Assembly (NCBI GenBank): GCA_030704615.1
Contig: CM060733.1
Coordinates: 5,022,001-5,086,000, forward strand
Source: Takakia lepidozioides
Taxonomy: Eukaryota > Plantae > Bryophyta
Reading direction: 5' to 3'
Length of the DNA stretch: 64,000 nt
Translations under genes and position numbers: made by a program
Shown: positions 11,268 to 23,722 of the stretch, in pieces
Numbering within the stretch: position 1 is the stretch's first letter
Layout of the letters: every line of letters starts with the position of its first letter
Notes under the pieces: generated by a model
The model's database searches: none
The model's input: only the letters and a program-made list of their open reading frames with translations
What the model was told of the DNA's origin: nothing

Positions 11268-14200
11268 GTTTTCGTCCCTTGCACCTGGCAGGCGCAGTAC
11301 CTCTGTGCACAAACAACAGTGCCACTCTTTAGCAATGCCAATCCGTCCATGTTTGCAACTTATAGCACACGGAGAAAGGAGTTTGTGGAGCTTCTTAAAT
11401 ACCCTACACGTAGATTTTAGATTTCATGATTCACATGTGGTCTGAGGAGGAGAATTTCATGCACTCAAACAATAACACCATTACAGACAGCAGGGCACTT
11501 GCCTTTGCATATGTGAGTGTGGATGGGGGCCAAAAGCCAGGCTTTCATGGAGGCAGAGAAGAGGTGGTCAGGGCGGATCTTGTGTGGACCTACATTGAAC
11601 CCATTGTCACGCTCCTGCCGGTCCTCCAGCAAAACATGATCAGTCCCTCGGATATTGGGGCTGTGAAAGCCTTCACCCTCATGCTGCTTGGGTGTGAGAA
11701 ACAGGTGGCCACCCCCAAACATTTTGAATTTCTCACAGAGATACCTAGGGATTGAAAAGTTGCAGGCATTCAAATATGCCACTGCTTTTTCTATGTTATA
11801 AGACTCCATCTACCAGTGCCTTGAATCTCACAGTTGGGGGCCTCCATGGTCTGCAAGCCTGCTGGAGATGACCATTCACTTCGAGTTGTTGTCTATCAGC
11901 CAAATGTTATTATATGGAGGGATCTGAAGCAGGTGAACCCTCCCACTCATGGGCTTCACCCTAATGAAAATATGTATGCTTTGAAGGGTATACCATGTGA
12001 AGACGGAGTTCTCTGATACTGCACCATCTTAATTTGGTTGCATTTGAAGATGGAGCCATTTGTACACAGCAAATGGGATCAGTAGAGGCTTCAGAAGTGG
12101 CAAACAGAATTGCAGGTGAGTACTTTGAAGTTCTTCCCAGCAAACTTAATGAGCAGATTACTTCTTACACTGTAATGATGTCAATATCCTCTGATTGAGA
12201 TTGAATTTTGAATAGAATCTCGTGAAGAGTTTCAATTCACACGATGCAAACCGCATCTTCAAATGGAAACAAAATAGTGGGTAGTTCACGGCGCTTGTTT
12301 GATGCGGACTGTGAATGATATATTCTTCTTTAGGGCAACATGTCCAACTGGAAACCCAGTTCCTAGGCCTCACAGGATCTCCTGTTGTACTCTTGTCAAT
12401 GCCAATGTTATGGGCATTTACTGTTCAAGATACTGTTAGTTTGTCGCCAGAATTTTGTTGTTTGTCAAAACAAAACCTTGCTTCCATGATTCACCCTTTC
12501 CAATGTTCAACCTTCATTGCAGGAATGACGCATAGCAACACCGAGCAACTTTCCATAAATCATAAATGGTAGATGAGTGAGAAGCCGGTGAGTAGAACTC
12601 TCCTTTCCAATTGTGTGCATGAGGGGTTTCAATATAACTGATCTTTCAATGGCCTCTGAACATACATTCCACAGCTTTGACGTCTGCTCCGCAGCTAACA
12701 CACGGAATTAGTGAAATCTAAGGTAACCTGACTAATTGTTCTTGAGACTTGTAAGCCATCTCATTGGGGAAATCTTATCAGGAGATGAAAGAGTGGATGA
12801 CCGGGTTCCACACGCTTAGTGCGAGAGAGGGCTACGGGGACACGAGCCCGCGAGCATCTCGCAGGCAGAGCGATGGCTGACGGTTTTTCGTGCCCTCTCG
12901 CAAATGCATCTGTTTTTTTGTTTTTTTTCATCTGTATTTTCCCTTCAAAGGTGACATCTACGGACATCGATCATTTTCTTCAAAGGTCTATTCATCCTCG
13001 CCTCCGTAACTAGTCGAGTGTACAGTACTCACCTCTTGATGTAGTCCGATGGACCAGAGTGCAAGTCGGATCACGCTTACAATGCGAGACAGAATCTAGA
13101 GTATGCGAAAGAGAAAGGACGGGGTGCATCTCGAGATGTGGCATCAACAGTGCTTGAAGGAGCATCATATGGGCTTTGACCATGAATGAGCTCGAAGCCA
13201 TCATATCACTTCATATCATCATTGCCACATCTCTTTTCTATCCGAAGACCTCCAACAAGCCGGGAAAAAGCTGAAACATGGGCGGATGGGTTTGCGGTGA
13301 CGGTTCCCGTGCACCTTGCACCGGACCTCCTGCAGGCTCTTTCAATCTGTGGCAATAGACATGGCAAAGCGTTTTACGCTGTCCCCCATTTCGAGACTAG
13401 CACCAATATGGTGGACCGATGCATAAAACGCCTCGCCATGCAGATGGTTGAAAAACCCCCACCTGCCTGAGAGCTTCAACAGGGCTCTTGGGCCACGATA
13501 GATCTCTGCAGCACGGAGAGGATCGAGGTACAAGGCAGGCCTTTCTACGCCGCCTTTCATTCAAGTGGTAGAGCTAGAGCGAAGGAAAACGTGGAACGAC
13601 TCACCTGACACCGAGCAACTCGATGTCTACAGATCCTTGATGCTCTTGAAGCCCATAATATGCTTGACCTCCACATCTTTTTTGGAAAATGCGGCACAGT
13701 ACCAGGCAAGGCATTCTACAACGCCCCCTGATCTGGATCTACGGGACACCGTAGGACGCTACGCCAGGCTAAAAGCGTTACTAAGATTGCAATGTCCTCA
13801 GTGCCCAGAATGTAGAGCAGCTTCAGCTCCGTTGTGAATGGCTAGGGACCTACCACTTCTGTCAGCCTCTCGGAAGGGGCTTCTACTCTATTATTCTAGC
13901 GCTGAAAATGATATCAGGGCTCTTAATAAGTTCAACACAAGGAAGTCCAGATGCAGGGTTCATCTATTTCCTTCGTCTACTGATTGGGGTCACAAGGGAG
14001 GTGTGACTTGTGACCAAGAGTGATAGCACTGCCTTTCTTTCCTGGGAACTAAGTTACTTACGTTCTCTTCTAGAAATATGAGCTTTTTTTGGAGCTTACA
14101 TTGGCTCCATAAATGTTTCTGATCAGGTGGTTTCTGAACCTCTCAGTATTGATATACATTGACGTACAACTCGTTCATTTCAAGGCCCATGAGCGCAGAA

Positions 14201-14585
14201 AAGATGATCGACAAAATGAAGGAGAGAATGATCAAATGCAGACAATGACTCGTAAGCGCACAGACTCCACCCCTCTCGAGCCTCCCCAGGCGAAACGATT
14301 CGAAGGGATTGACTCTCCTTTCCCCTCTCCTTTGAGTCCTCGGATATTTCTCTTACCATATCAGTCCCCTCTCTCATAAAAACAGGCGACTGTTGTCCCT
14401 ACGATTTCAACCTGGCTCCTGGTGCAGAGTGCAGAGGTCAACCTGACAATAAATTGTTTGAAGCAACTCAAATATTTTTTTAAGTTCGAATCTCTGTTTG
14501 AGGTGACACCTCCTTCTGAGCCTTTCAGTGTGGCTATACGTGTTACGCCAAATTATTTATGGATTCCTTGACGGAACCCCCACTA

Positions 14586-15922
14586 TTTTTTATTTTTTTT
14601 TATTTTTTAATAAAAGGGGGATAGAGGCCCTTTTAATCAAATTAATTAAAAATAGAGTCATATCAATGGAAAAAATAACCACTGCAGAGGCCGTGAGGAC
14701 TTACTGGGGGGAAACTTCCCCGTAACTTTAGCAAAACAGCTAAAAGAGACGAAGGAGAGATCAGAGATTGTTTTATGAGTGTTTGAAGGTAATTTGAAAA
14801 TGCTAAGGGGAGGGTAGATGGGAAAGAACATGGCGTAAGAGCAGACAAGGCAGATGAAATCCTGCTGCAGCTACTGATCCAGTTTTACAGTATTGGTGCT
14901 TTAAGAACAATGTAAGGTGTTTTAGAACCGAGAAACAGGAGAGACAAAGAGGGTCGGCAGAAAGGCCCGCCGGAGGGGAGGCTCCAACCTACGAGTTCGG
15001 AGCTGCAGATGCTGCAGACCGAGAGGCGAGCGATTGGTGCTTCAAATTCAGAACTTCAGTTGAGTTTTTAACTTTGTAACTCGAGCTCTCTTGTGACGCA
15101 AGTTGTAATCAGCCTCCTCCCCATCACCAGGGAACCTCCCATTGAGTGGGGATGGAGTCTTTCCAAGCAAAGCGGTTGTCGGGAAGACTGGTGCCGAGCA
15201 GGTTGCCTTTGCCCCAGGACTGCATGAAATCTTGAAATAGCTTCCTTCCTCGTTGTTCAGAAGATCTGGAAATAGCTGCACGCAACGAATCCCACGCTTT
15301 TCTCCCCTCACTCAACAGATCATGAAAAAGACAGATCTGCCTCTGGGGGGCTTGCCCTCATAGACATAGGAACACCTTGACTTCCAGATATTCCATAAAG
15401 TATGGGCTCTAAGCGAGGCCCACACTGGACAGAGGGTTTGCGCCTGACCTAGCACCATGTTGAGAAGCAACAAAGACTGAGGAGGAGGGGAGGGGTAGGA
15501 GGCCCAATGAGAGTAGAACCCCAAAACCTTTCTCTAGATACTACCCGAGAAATTGCAAGACAACAGGCAATGTTCCATGGACTCTGGTTCTTGCAGACAG
15601 AGAGGGCAGGTAGGATTGTCTTGGTCTGTGGTTAGCTTGACTGACAGGATTCTGTGGGTCAATTTCCATAGGAAACCCGAGACCTTTGCTGCCCTGTCTT
15701 TCCTCCAGACGTCCTTCCAGATTTTGGCCCAGTTAGACTGGGTGAACTGCAGATTGTTCCATTTTGAAGACCATCTTGCCAAAAATGTGCGGGGCGGGTT
15801 GATGAGAGAGTAACCCAACTTGACCTTGTAGGCGAAAAATGGTGAACGTTTTTTGTCCATCCAATTCCACTCGTAGGGATGAAATTGCAGATCCGCCAGT
15901 GGGCACTTGAGAAACCAGGTGA
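14586..15922 (-). mobile_element. L1-clade LINE, 3' part (zf-RVT region, 3' UTR, poly(A))
   Basis: FLWKLTHRIL..CPLC..ESMEHCLLSC and WNIWKSRC motifs; T-rich tail at 14586-14608; joins in frame (QSF|TWFLK) to the piece starting at 24803 once the CACTA element is removed. Confidence 0.85.
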
Positions 15923-17154
15923 CACTAGAAGAAAAACGTGGAATAACCACTGGCCCTTTAACCACTAGTGTATTTTTCCACTCTATAAACCACTGGTAAC
16001 CACTTGCCAGTGGTTAATCCCAATGAAATGCCATGGTGGCATCACAGACAGTGGTTGGAAGTGGTTTCAACCACTCAGTAGTCCACGTGGAATAATTTGT
16101 TTTTATTATTTATTTGCTAATACATTTTAATTAATTAATATAATATTGCACGTGGACGAGTGCAGTGGTACATTGTGAGTGGTTATAGGCACCTCAGTGA
16201 TGGGAAGTGGTTGAAACCACTTGCTACTCCACGCGTAATAATTCAAATTTTATTTGTGATTTATTATTTGGAAATATATTTTAATTCATAAATATAATAT
16301 TCCACGTGGACGGGGACAATTCACGTTGATCTTGAGTGGTTGAAGACACCTCATTGATTTGTACCACTTTGACAGTGGTGGAGAGTGGGTGGTGAAAGAT
16401 ATTGCAGTAATTGGAACCACTATGCTAGTGGTTGCTCATGAGTGCTTGCCTACACAACAGTGATTGGTACCACTTTTTGGGTGATACATGAAAAACTTTA
16501 AGTGGTTTGTGCAGCTGTGATAGACTTTGAAAAACAGACAAGTGGCCAGACCATTGTGGGATGATGCTATTGAACAAATGGTTCCAACAATAAACTTTAT
16601 TCTGAATCTGAAACATATTCGTCACCCTCTGAATCACTTTGCTCAACTGGAATAGCGGTTGGTTGCACAAATGCCGCTTGAATGGTAGCCAACATAGCCA
16701 GGTTTTCTTTATTTAGAGCCGTGGGACCATCTAATGACCTAGGTATTGGCTGATCTGATAAGGTAGACGTCGATTGGCACGCCACTCATCACCACATGCC
16801 TCTCTGTCTGCTGTGAACTGTGCCTTCTTTGTTGCATACTTTTTGTCACAAAATGGCAACAACAATGACACATGTTAGCAATGAAGTATTGCATTACTTA
16901 GCAAAAAATACCTAGCATGAATGATACTTTGAAAACCACTGTTTCAAACCACTGGAGGAGTGAGCAGAATGACTTATAAATGAACATGCTCTTCCAACAA
17001 GTCATTCACTCAGACATTCCGTTACTACAGCATTGGTTATAATCAGGATGAACCACTGACATTTGTGACTTTGTGGGTGGTTTGATTACACTGGTGACAG
17101 TCAGAAATGAAATTGAACTTGATATGAATAAGGTGCAATGAAAAGAAGTACTCA

Positions 17155-17505
17155 CTACGCCCAAGGAGCCATGACATTGGTATTGTTCAACACATAGAAA
17201 ATTTGTGCTGCATCTCTCCCAGCTCCAGTCATGTCCCGCTTTTTGCCGACACCTTCGAAGACCTCGTCCTCAACCCCTTCCTCCGCATTTGCATCCCAAG
17301 TCCGCTGTTGAGTTGCATCAAATGATTGCATATACTCAGTCATGAACCCCGTGGCCTCATCCAGAACATACCCTACAGCCGTACTCCCTTCTGGCTTTGC
17401 GTAATTCCTAACGTATCCCTTAAGATCTTTCATGTAACGCTCTATGGGATACATCCACCATGAAGACACCGGATGAATAGTTTTGTTTATCTCCATGGAA
17501 TACAT
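17155..17505 (-). pseudogene. CACTA TnpD transposase fragment (DUF4218-like)
   Basis: PVSSWWMYPIERYMKDLKGYVRNYAKPEGS matches the conserved WMYPxER..LK.YVRN.A.PEGS block. Confidence 0.85.
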
Positions 17506-18654
17506 CTATGTGCTCACTTGTAACCACTAAAATGAATTAAAAAAAAAAATCAAAGTGCAAAAGATTTAAAAAAAACACATCGGCTGGTAAGTGCAAAGTG
17601 TGTCGCCCGGGTGGTTCAGGGTTCAAACCCGCTGCATGACTCCATGTGTGGGATTGTTTGTGACGACGGTATGTCTGAGCGTTGATCCTCCTATAGGTCT
17701 CATAGCCCATAAATGAAAGGGGGTTAATTTTTCCCCCTCCTCAAGGGCCTGAGGTTTCCTTTAAAATTTATTTTAAAAAAACAAAAAAACAAAAATTTGC
17801 TTATAGGATTTGTGAAAAGGTTAAAAAACTTAAAAAATTGCCCATCACGTATGTACAATATATATATACTTTTGGGAGGAAATTTCAAATGTGTGCATGC
17901 AGCGTACTGGTAAGGGCTCTTCCTGTGTGTCGCGGGGGTCGCGGGTTCAAACTCCTCGAGTTGTTTTTTTCCCCCTCATGCACTAAGCCCCACTAAGCCC
18001 CACTAAGCCCTATTGTTGCTGTGCACACTAAGTCCTCGTGCAGGTTAGTCTTAGCAGGTCGCGTTTCAATCTCTGCTCGCTCAGCTGCACCATGGTGGTT
18101 CTCATGGACAATCCGACATTACTTGACTACAGACACAAGCAGCACACACAAGAGGTCCGTTTGGGTTCATGGTCTGTCAAATCCTCCATGGGTCATGACA
18201 CAAGGTCGACGACAATGTGGTTAGGGCACCTTCTTCTTCGACCTATTTCAGCCTGTTTTGCCCTCCCATCAGACTCGGCCCTGAATTTGCAGCACGGAGC
18301 AAAGCTCGCATGAGTTTCTTACGATCCTTCATGATGGTGGGACAATCGCAATCGCAAGGTGTGGCTTTTTCTTAATGTAGGATGTGAAGAAGTTTGTCCA
18401 TCCTGCAAATGTGGGCTTTTGGCTCCAGTTAGTACCATGATTTGGTATTCTTCATGATGTTTACAAGGTTCTTGGGAGAGTCAGCTTGGTCTTAGCAGGT
18501 CGTGTTTCAATCTCTGCTCGCTTAGCTGCACCATGGTGCTTCTCATGGACCAATGCGATGTTTTTTTTTTCCCTCAAGCACTAAGCCCCACTAAGCCCTA
18601 TCGCTGCTACGCACTTAAGTCCTCGCTGATGTTTACAAGGTTCTTGGGAGAGTC

Positions 18655-20992
18655 ATCTTAGTCCAGGGTATGCACGGCAGGGACGTGGGATGGAGGATTT
18701 GGAGACCTATGGGCAAATGATGGGGGAAGCACATCGTGTTTGTGTGCATTTGCAATGCTTGTGCAAGCCTGGCAGCCCTGGAGAAGGGCAAGAGGTGCAT
18801 GGGGATATCAAAGCTGGAATTGTGCCAAATGTCAATCTGAACACTGCCCTGGCAGTTTTGGAAAAGGGGAAAGAGGTCCATGGCGTCATCTTCAGAGCTG
18901 GAATTGTATCAAATGTCATTCTGAACAATACCCTGGTGAACATGTTTGCAAAATGTGGGTGCATCTAGGATGCAAAGGGAGTGTTTGACACTATGGCTGA
19001 ACGAGATGTGGTGTTGTGGAGTGCGATGCTTGCAAGGTATGCACGGCAGGGACGTGGGATGGAGGCTTTAGAGAGCTATGAGCATATGATGGGGGAAGCA
19101 CATCATGTTTGTGTGCATTTGCAATGCTTGTGCAAGCCTGGCAGCCCTGGAGAAGGGCAAGAGGTGCATAGGGATATCATCAAAGCTGGAATTGTGCCAA
19201 ATGTCAATCGAACACTGCCCTGGCAGCTTTGGAAATGGGGAAAGAGGTGCATGGCGACATCTTCAGAGCTGGAATTGTACCAGATGACAATCTGAACAAT
19301 ACCCTGGTGGACATGTTTGCAAAATGTAGGTGCATCTAGGATGCAAAGGGAGTGTTCGACACTATGGCTGAACAACATGTGGTGTCGTGGAGTGCGATAT
19401 GATGTGCTTGTAGGGTATGCACAGCAGGGATGTGGAATGGAGGCTTTGGAGAGCTATGAGCAAATGATGGGGGAAGCACATCATGTTTGTGTGCATTTGC
19501 AATGCTTGTGCAAGCCTGGCAGCCGGCCTGGAGAAGGGCAAAGAGGTGCATGGGGATATCATCAAAGCTGGAATTGTACCAAATGTGAATCTGAACACTG
19601 CCCTGGCAGCTCTGGAAAAGGGGAAAGAGGTCCATGGCGACATCTTCAGAGCTGGAATTGTACCAAATGTTAGTCTGAACCATACCCTGGTGGACATGTA
19701 TGCGAAATGTGGGTGCATCGAGCCTGGACGAGGGCAAAGAGGTGCATGGGGTATCATCAAAGCTGGAATTGTACCAAATGTCAGTATGAACACTGCCCTG
19801 GCAGCTCTGGAAAAAGGGGAAAGAGGTCCATGGCGACATCTTCAGAGCTGGAATTGTACCAAATGTCATTCTGAACCATACCCTGGTGGACATTTATGCA
19901 AAATGTGGGTGCATCGAGCCTGGACAAGGGCAAAGCGGTGCATGGGGTATCATCAAAGCTGGAATTGTACCAAATGTCATTATGAACACTGCCCTGGCAG
20001 CTCTGGAAAAAGGGGAAAGAGGTCCATGGCGACATCTTCAGAGCTGGAATTGTACCAAATGTCATTCTGAACTATACCCTGGTGGACATGTTTGCAAAAT
20101 GTGGGTGCAAAGGGATCTAGGATCTAGGATGCAAAGGGAGTGTTCGACACTATGGCTGAACGAGATGTGGTGTCGTGGAGTGCGATGCTGGTCCAGGGTA
20201 TGCACGACAGGGACGTGGGATGGAGGCTTTGGAGACCTATGAGCAAAGGATGGGGAAGCTCATCATGTTTGTGTGCATTTGCTTGTGCAAGCCTGACAGC
20301 CGGCCTGGAGAAGGGCAAGAGGTGCATGGGGATATCATCAAAGTTGGAATTGTGCCAAATGTCAATCTGAACACTGCCCTGGCAGCTTAGGGGAAAGAGG
20401 TGCATGGCGACATCTTCAGAGTTATTATTGGACCAGATGTCACTCTGAACAAAACCCTGGTGAACATGTTTGCAAAATGTGGGTGCATCTAGGATGCAAA
20501 GGGAGTGTTCGACACTATGGCTGAACGAGATGTGGTGTCGTGGAGTGCGATGCTTGCATGGTATGCACGGCAGGGACGTGGGATGGAGGCTTTGGAGAGC
20601 TATGAGCAAATGATGGGGGAAGCACATCATGTTTGTGTGCATTTGCAATGCTTGTGCAAGCCTGGCAGTCGGCCTAGAGAAGGGCAAGAGGTGCATGGGG
20701 ATATCATCAAAGCTGGAATTGTGCCAAATGTCAATCTGAACACTGCCCTGGCAGCTTAGGGGAAAGAGGTCCATGGCGACATCTTCAAAGTTGGAATTGT
20801 ACCAGATGTCATCCTGAACAAAACCCTGGTGAACATGTTTGCAAAATGTGGGTGCATCTAGGATGCAAAGGGAGTGTTCGACACAATGGTTGAACGACAG
20901 GTGGTGTTGTGGAGTGCGATGCTTGCATGGTATGCACGGCAGGGACGTGGGATGGAGGCTTTGGAGAGCTATGAGCAAATGATGGGGGAAGG
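18655..20992 (+). pseudogene. Tandemly amplified, frameshifted PLS-class PPR array
   Basis: Repeated FDTMAERDVVSWSAML.YA.QG.G.EAL / ACASLAA.LEKGKEVHGDIIKAG / NTLVDMYAKCG motifs; ~370-bp period with internal sub-duplications; stops and frameshifts. Confidence 0.9.
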
Positions 20993-21025
20993 GGGGCACC
21001 TTCTTCAATAACACAATGGCTACGA

Positions 21026-21246
21026 GTGGGTAGATGGTCAACTGGAAACAACAATGGCAGCAGCACAATTGATAGAACAAGGCCCACTGCTAATGAAGAT
21101 ACCTTCTTCAACATATTTCACCCTGAATTCCCCTGCTATCAGAGTCGTCCCTAAGTATCCAAAAACAGGTAACAGATATGAGAAGAAGCTGTGGGATGAA
21201 TACTTTTCTGACCCCAGTAACTGGTGGGACAACCGAGGCAAAAAGG
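21026..21246 (+). pseudogene. Fragment with an OSB/PTAC9-type PDF-motif start
   Basis: EWVDGQLE...EKKLWDEYFSDPSNWWDNRGKK followed by a possible donor AAG|GTGAAT. Confidence 0.65.
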
Positions 21247-21320
21247 TGAATGCCTGTCAGATTACAGAGTGTAGCAGATGCAATTGACCATAGGAACTAG
21301 TGTGATAAGTTGAGTTGGGT

Positions 21321-21559
21321 GCAATTGCACTCTCCCTTTCCTCTCTGCTTCTGTTTGCTATTCAAAGGTAGGATTCCTGCCCTTAGTTTAAATTTCAGTC
21401 TGGTGCCGAGAGTGGGTAGACCCTTGAGGTCATCCATGATGTCCTCCCCCATGTCACAGACTGGAAACAAGTCCAGGGAAGTTTTCTGCCTAACTTCATT
21501 TTCATCAGACAATTTTCTGGAAACGGACATGGCTTTGGACACTACAGCCTCTAAGTCAG
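21321..21559 (-). mobile_element. Internal fragment of the RTE-like LINE family (homologous to 4883-5120)
   Basis: Direct alignment by eye; MGEDIMDDLKGLPTL.TRLKFKL is shared. Confidence 0.9.
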
Positions 21560-21589
21560 TAGGGTTGGGGCATTTGCTGGAACAATTCT

Positions 21590-22216
21590 AAAAGGAGAAT
21601 GTTTGTCAGGTTACCAGATGTCATTCTGAACACTGCCCCTGCCCTGGTGGACATGTATGCCAAATGTGGGTGCATCGAGGATGCCAAGGGAGTGTTCAAC
21701 ACTATGGCTGAACGAGATGTGGTGTCGTGGAGTGCGATGCTTGCGGGGTATGCACAGCAGGGGTGCAGGATGGAGGCTCCAACCTATGAGCAAATGATGG
21801 GGGAAGGGTTGAAGCCCGCCGACATAAGGTTTGTGTGTTTGCAGTGTGTCTGGCAGCCCTGGAAAAGGGCAAAGAGATCCCCGGTGACATGATCAAATCT
21901 GCAATTGTTCCAGATGTCATCCTGAACACTGCTCTGGTGGCCATGTATGCCAAATATGGTAGCATTGAGGATGCCAAGGGAGTGTTCAACACTATGGCTA
22001 AATGAGATGTGGTGTAGTGGAATGTGATGTTTGCAAGGTGTGCAGAGCAGGGGCGCTATATGGGGCTTTGGAGACCTGAAAGCAAATGATGGGGGAAGGG
22101 GTGAAGTTCGACCACATCATGTTTGTGTGCGTTTGTAGTGCGTGTGCAAGCATGGCAGCCCTGGAAAAGGGCATCGGAGGTGCATGGTTGCATCACCAAA
22201 GTTGGAAATGTACTAG
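21590..22216 (+). pseudogene. Second PLS-PPR pseudogene segment
   Basis: LVDMYAKCGCIEDAKGVFNTMAERDVVSWSAMLAGYAQQG; FVCVCSACASMAALEKG; frameshifts. Confidence 0.85.
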
Positions 22217-22565
22217 ATGGATCAATAGCTACAAGAAACCTGCATGGGTAGATGGTGACTGGTCAACTAGAAGCCGCAGCAGCAGCGGCACAATGATAAA
22301 CTCAGGCACTGGTAATGAAAGCACCTTCTTCAACACATTTCACCCTGTTTTTCCCTCTTATCAGAATCGGCCCTAAAATTTCATGTTGAATTCTGCAAGT
22401 TAGCTGGTTGAGTGAGCCTTTGATAGTTTGGAGCGACTTTGACATGGTACTGCCAATGTGACAACAAGGAAGTATCCAAAAACAGGTAACAGCTGAGACG
22501 AGGAGAAGCTGTGGAATGAATATTTTTCTGACCCCAGTCAATGGTGGGACAACCGAGGTAAGAAC
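22217..22565 (+). pseudogene. Second OSB-type PDF-motif fragment
   Basis: WINSYKKPAWVDG (motif end) and EEKLWNEYFSDPSQWWDNRGK (motif start); homologous to 21026-21246. Confidence 0.65.
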
Positions 22566-23440
22566 TTCATGAACTTAAGGCATGAGTGGCTGATTGTTTC
22601 ATTTCGAACCTGATATGCTTTGAGCCTGGTTCCGGAGATTTATCTCCAGAACTGCAATCTGTTTTTGTGATGAGTTTACAATCTGCATATATGGTGGTAA
22701 ATGTTATATATCAAACCAAGGTTCTTTCCTAAATGTGAATGACCTGGAAACCTTGTTAGAAAGATGAATGGCTTACAAATTGGACTATGTATGGCTTGAC
22801 CCATGGATTAAATTTCAAAGGGTTAGAACATGTGTTAGGGTTTTAATACTGAATGGATGTGGGACATTGCTAGGGCGCCAGAGCATGACATTCCATGCAT
22901 TCACGCCATTGGATGCCAAACTTTTTTTGGCACGTTGGACCAAGGTTTGTATGCATTCACAAACTGCCGACCTTGCTCATTGCCTGGTTGACCTTATTTT
23001 CCATAATTGCTAACTTTGTGGGGTGGAGGGGCTTGTGTTAGGCTGCAACTGGAGGCACCTCTCCATGCAACAGTTTTCGTACTAGAGGTGAGCATGCATG
23101 CACCTGTTGGCTATCAGTTCTATACAATGTGGCCATTTACATGTTGGGTACTTCAAACTATTAGTAGATGCATTGGTAAATGTAACTGCTAAGGGGTGTT
23201 GGGTGTGATGTTTGCAGGCTGAGAAAGCCACTCTTGATATTGCCACCGACAGTGCACCAACTACGGCGCCTTCAAAGGCAACCCCCAAATATCAACCCCC
23301 TGCCACAGTGGCAGATATTCTTATGCTACCAAAAGTACTCTGCACTTTGAGTGATTGCTTATACTGGATGGTCCTCATTATCTAGTTTTCAATGTACATG
23401 TAAGTCTTCATGGGTTGATTAATGTGGGTTTTATGGTAGG

Positions 23441-23722
23441 TGCTGTATGCAGTTTAAGTTGAAGGACAAAATCAGCCTGTATGATCATCATTTACCACGA
23501 CACAGGGTTGCTAGTGGAATTGTCACTGGTGTGCCTAACAAAGACACATATCACTGCCGTGTTATACCTGAAGGATTGTGGCGGGTTGAGGTGAATGATA
23601 TCTATATTCCCAATTGTGTCTTGCCTCACCCTAACGAGGAAGAGGTCCCACCGCAAACAATATTGGAGGATGTCGTCGGTCTGAATTGTCTTTGGCCAGA
23701 GAAGAACATGAAGAGGGCTTAG
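23441..23722 (+). pseudogene. Last exon of a CACTA TnpA/ORF2-like gene
   Basis: VASG..YHCRVIPEGLWRVEVNDI..LPHP..ILEDVVG..LWP pattern typical of En/Spm ORF2 C-termini; acceptor GGTAG|G upstream. Confidence 0.65.

Noticed and set aside
11420-14400. Several short ORFs, possibly a decayed gene or L1 ORF1
   Set aside because: No recognisable motif or consistent frame; a translated search is needed
17600-17960. tRNA-like GGTTCAAA B-box motifs (also ~44070 and ~45525)
   Set aside because: No cloverleaf or acceptor stem could be built; probably SINE-derived or TE-internal sequence, not tRNA genes
18655-20992. Regular repeats superficially like a CRISPR array
   Set aside because: Units translate to PPR motifs, have no unique spacers, and the context is eukaryotic
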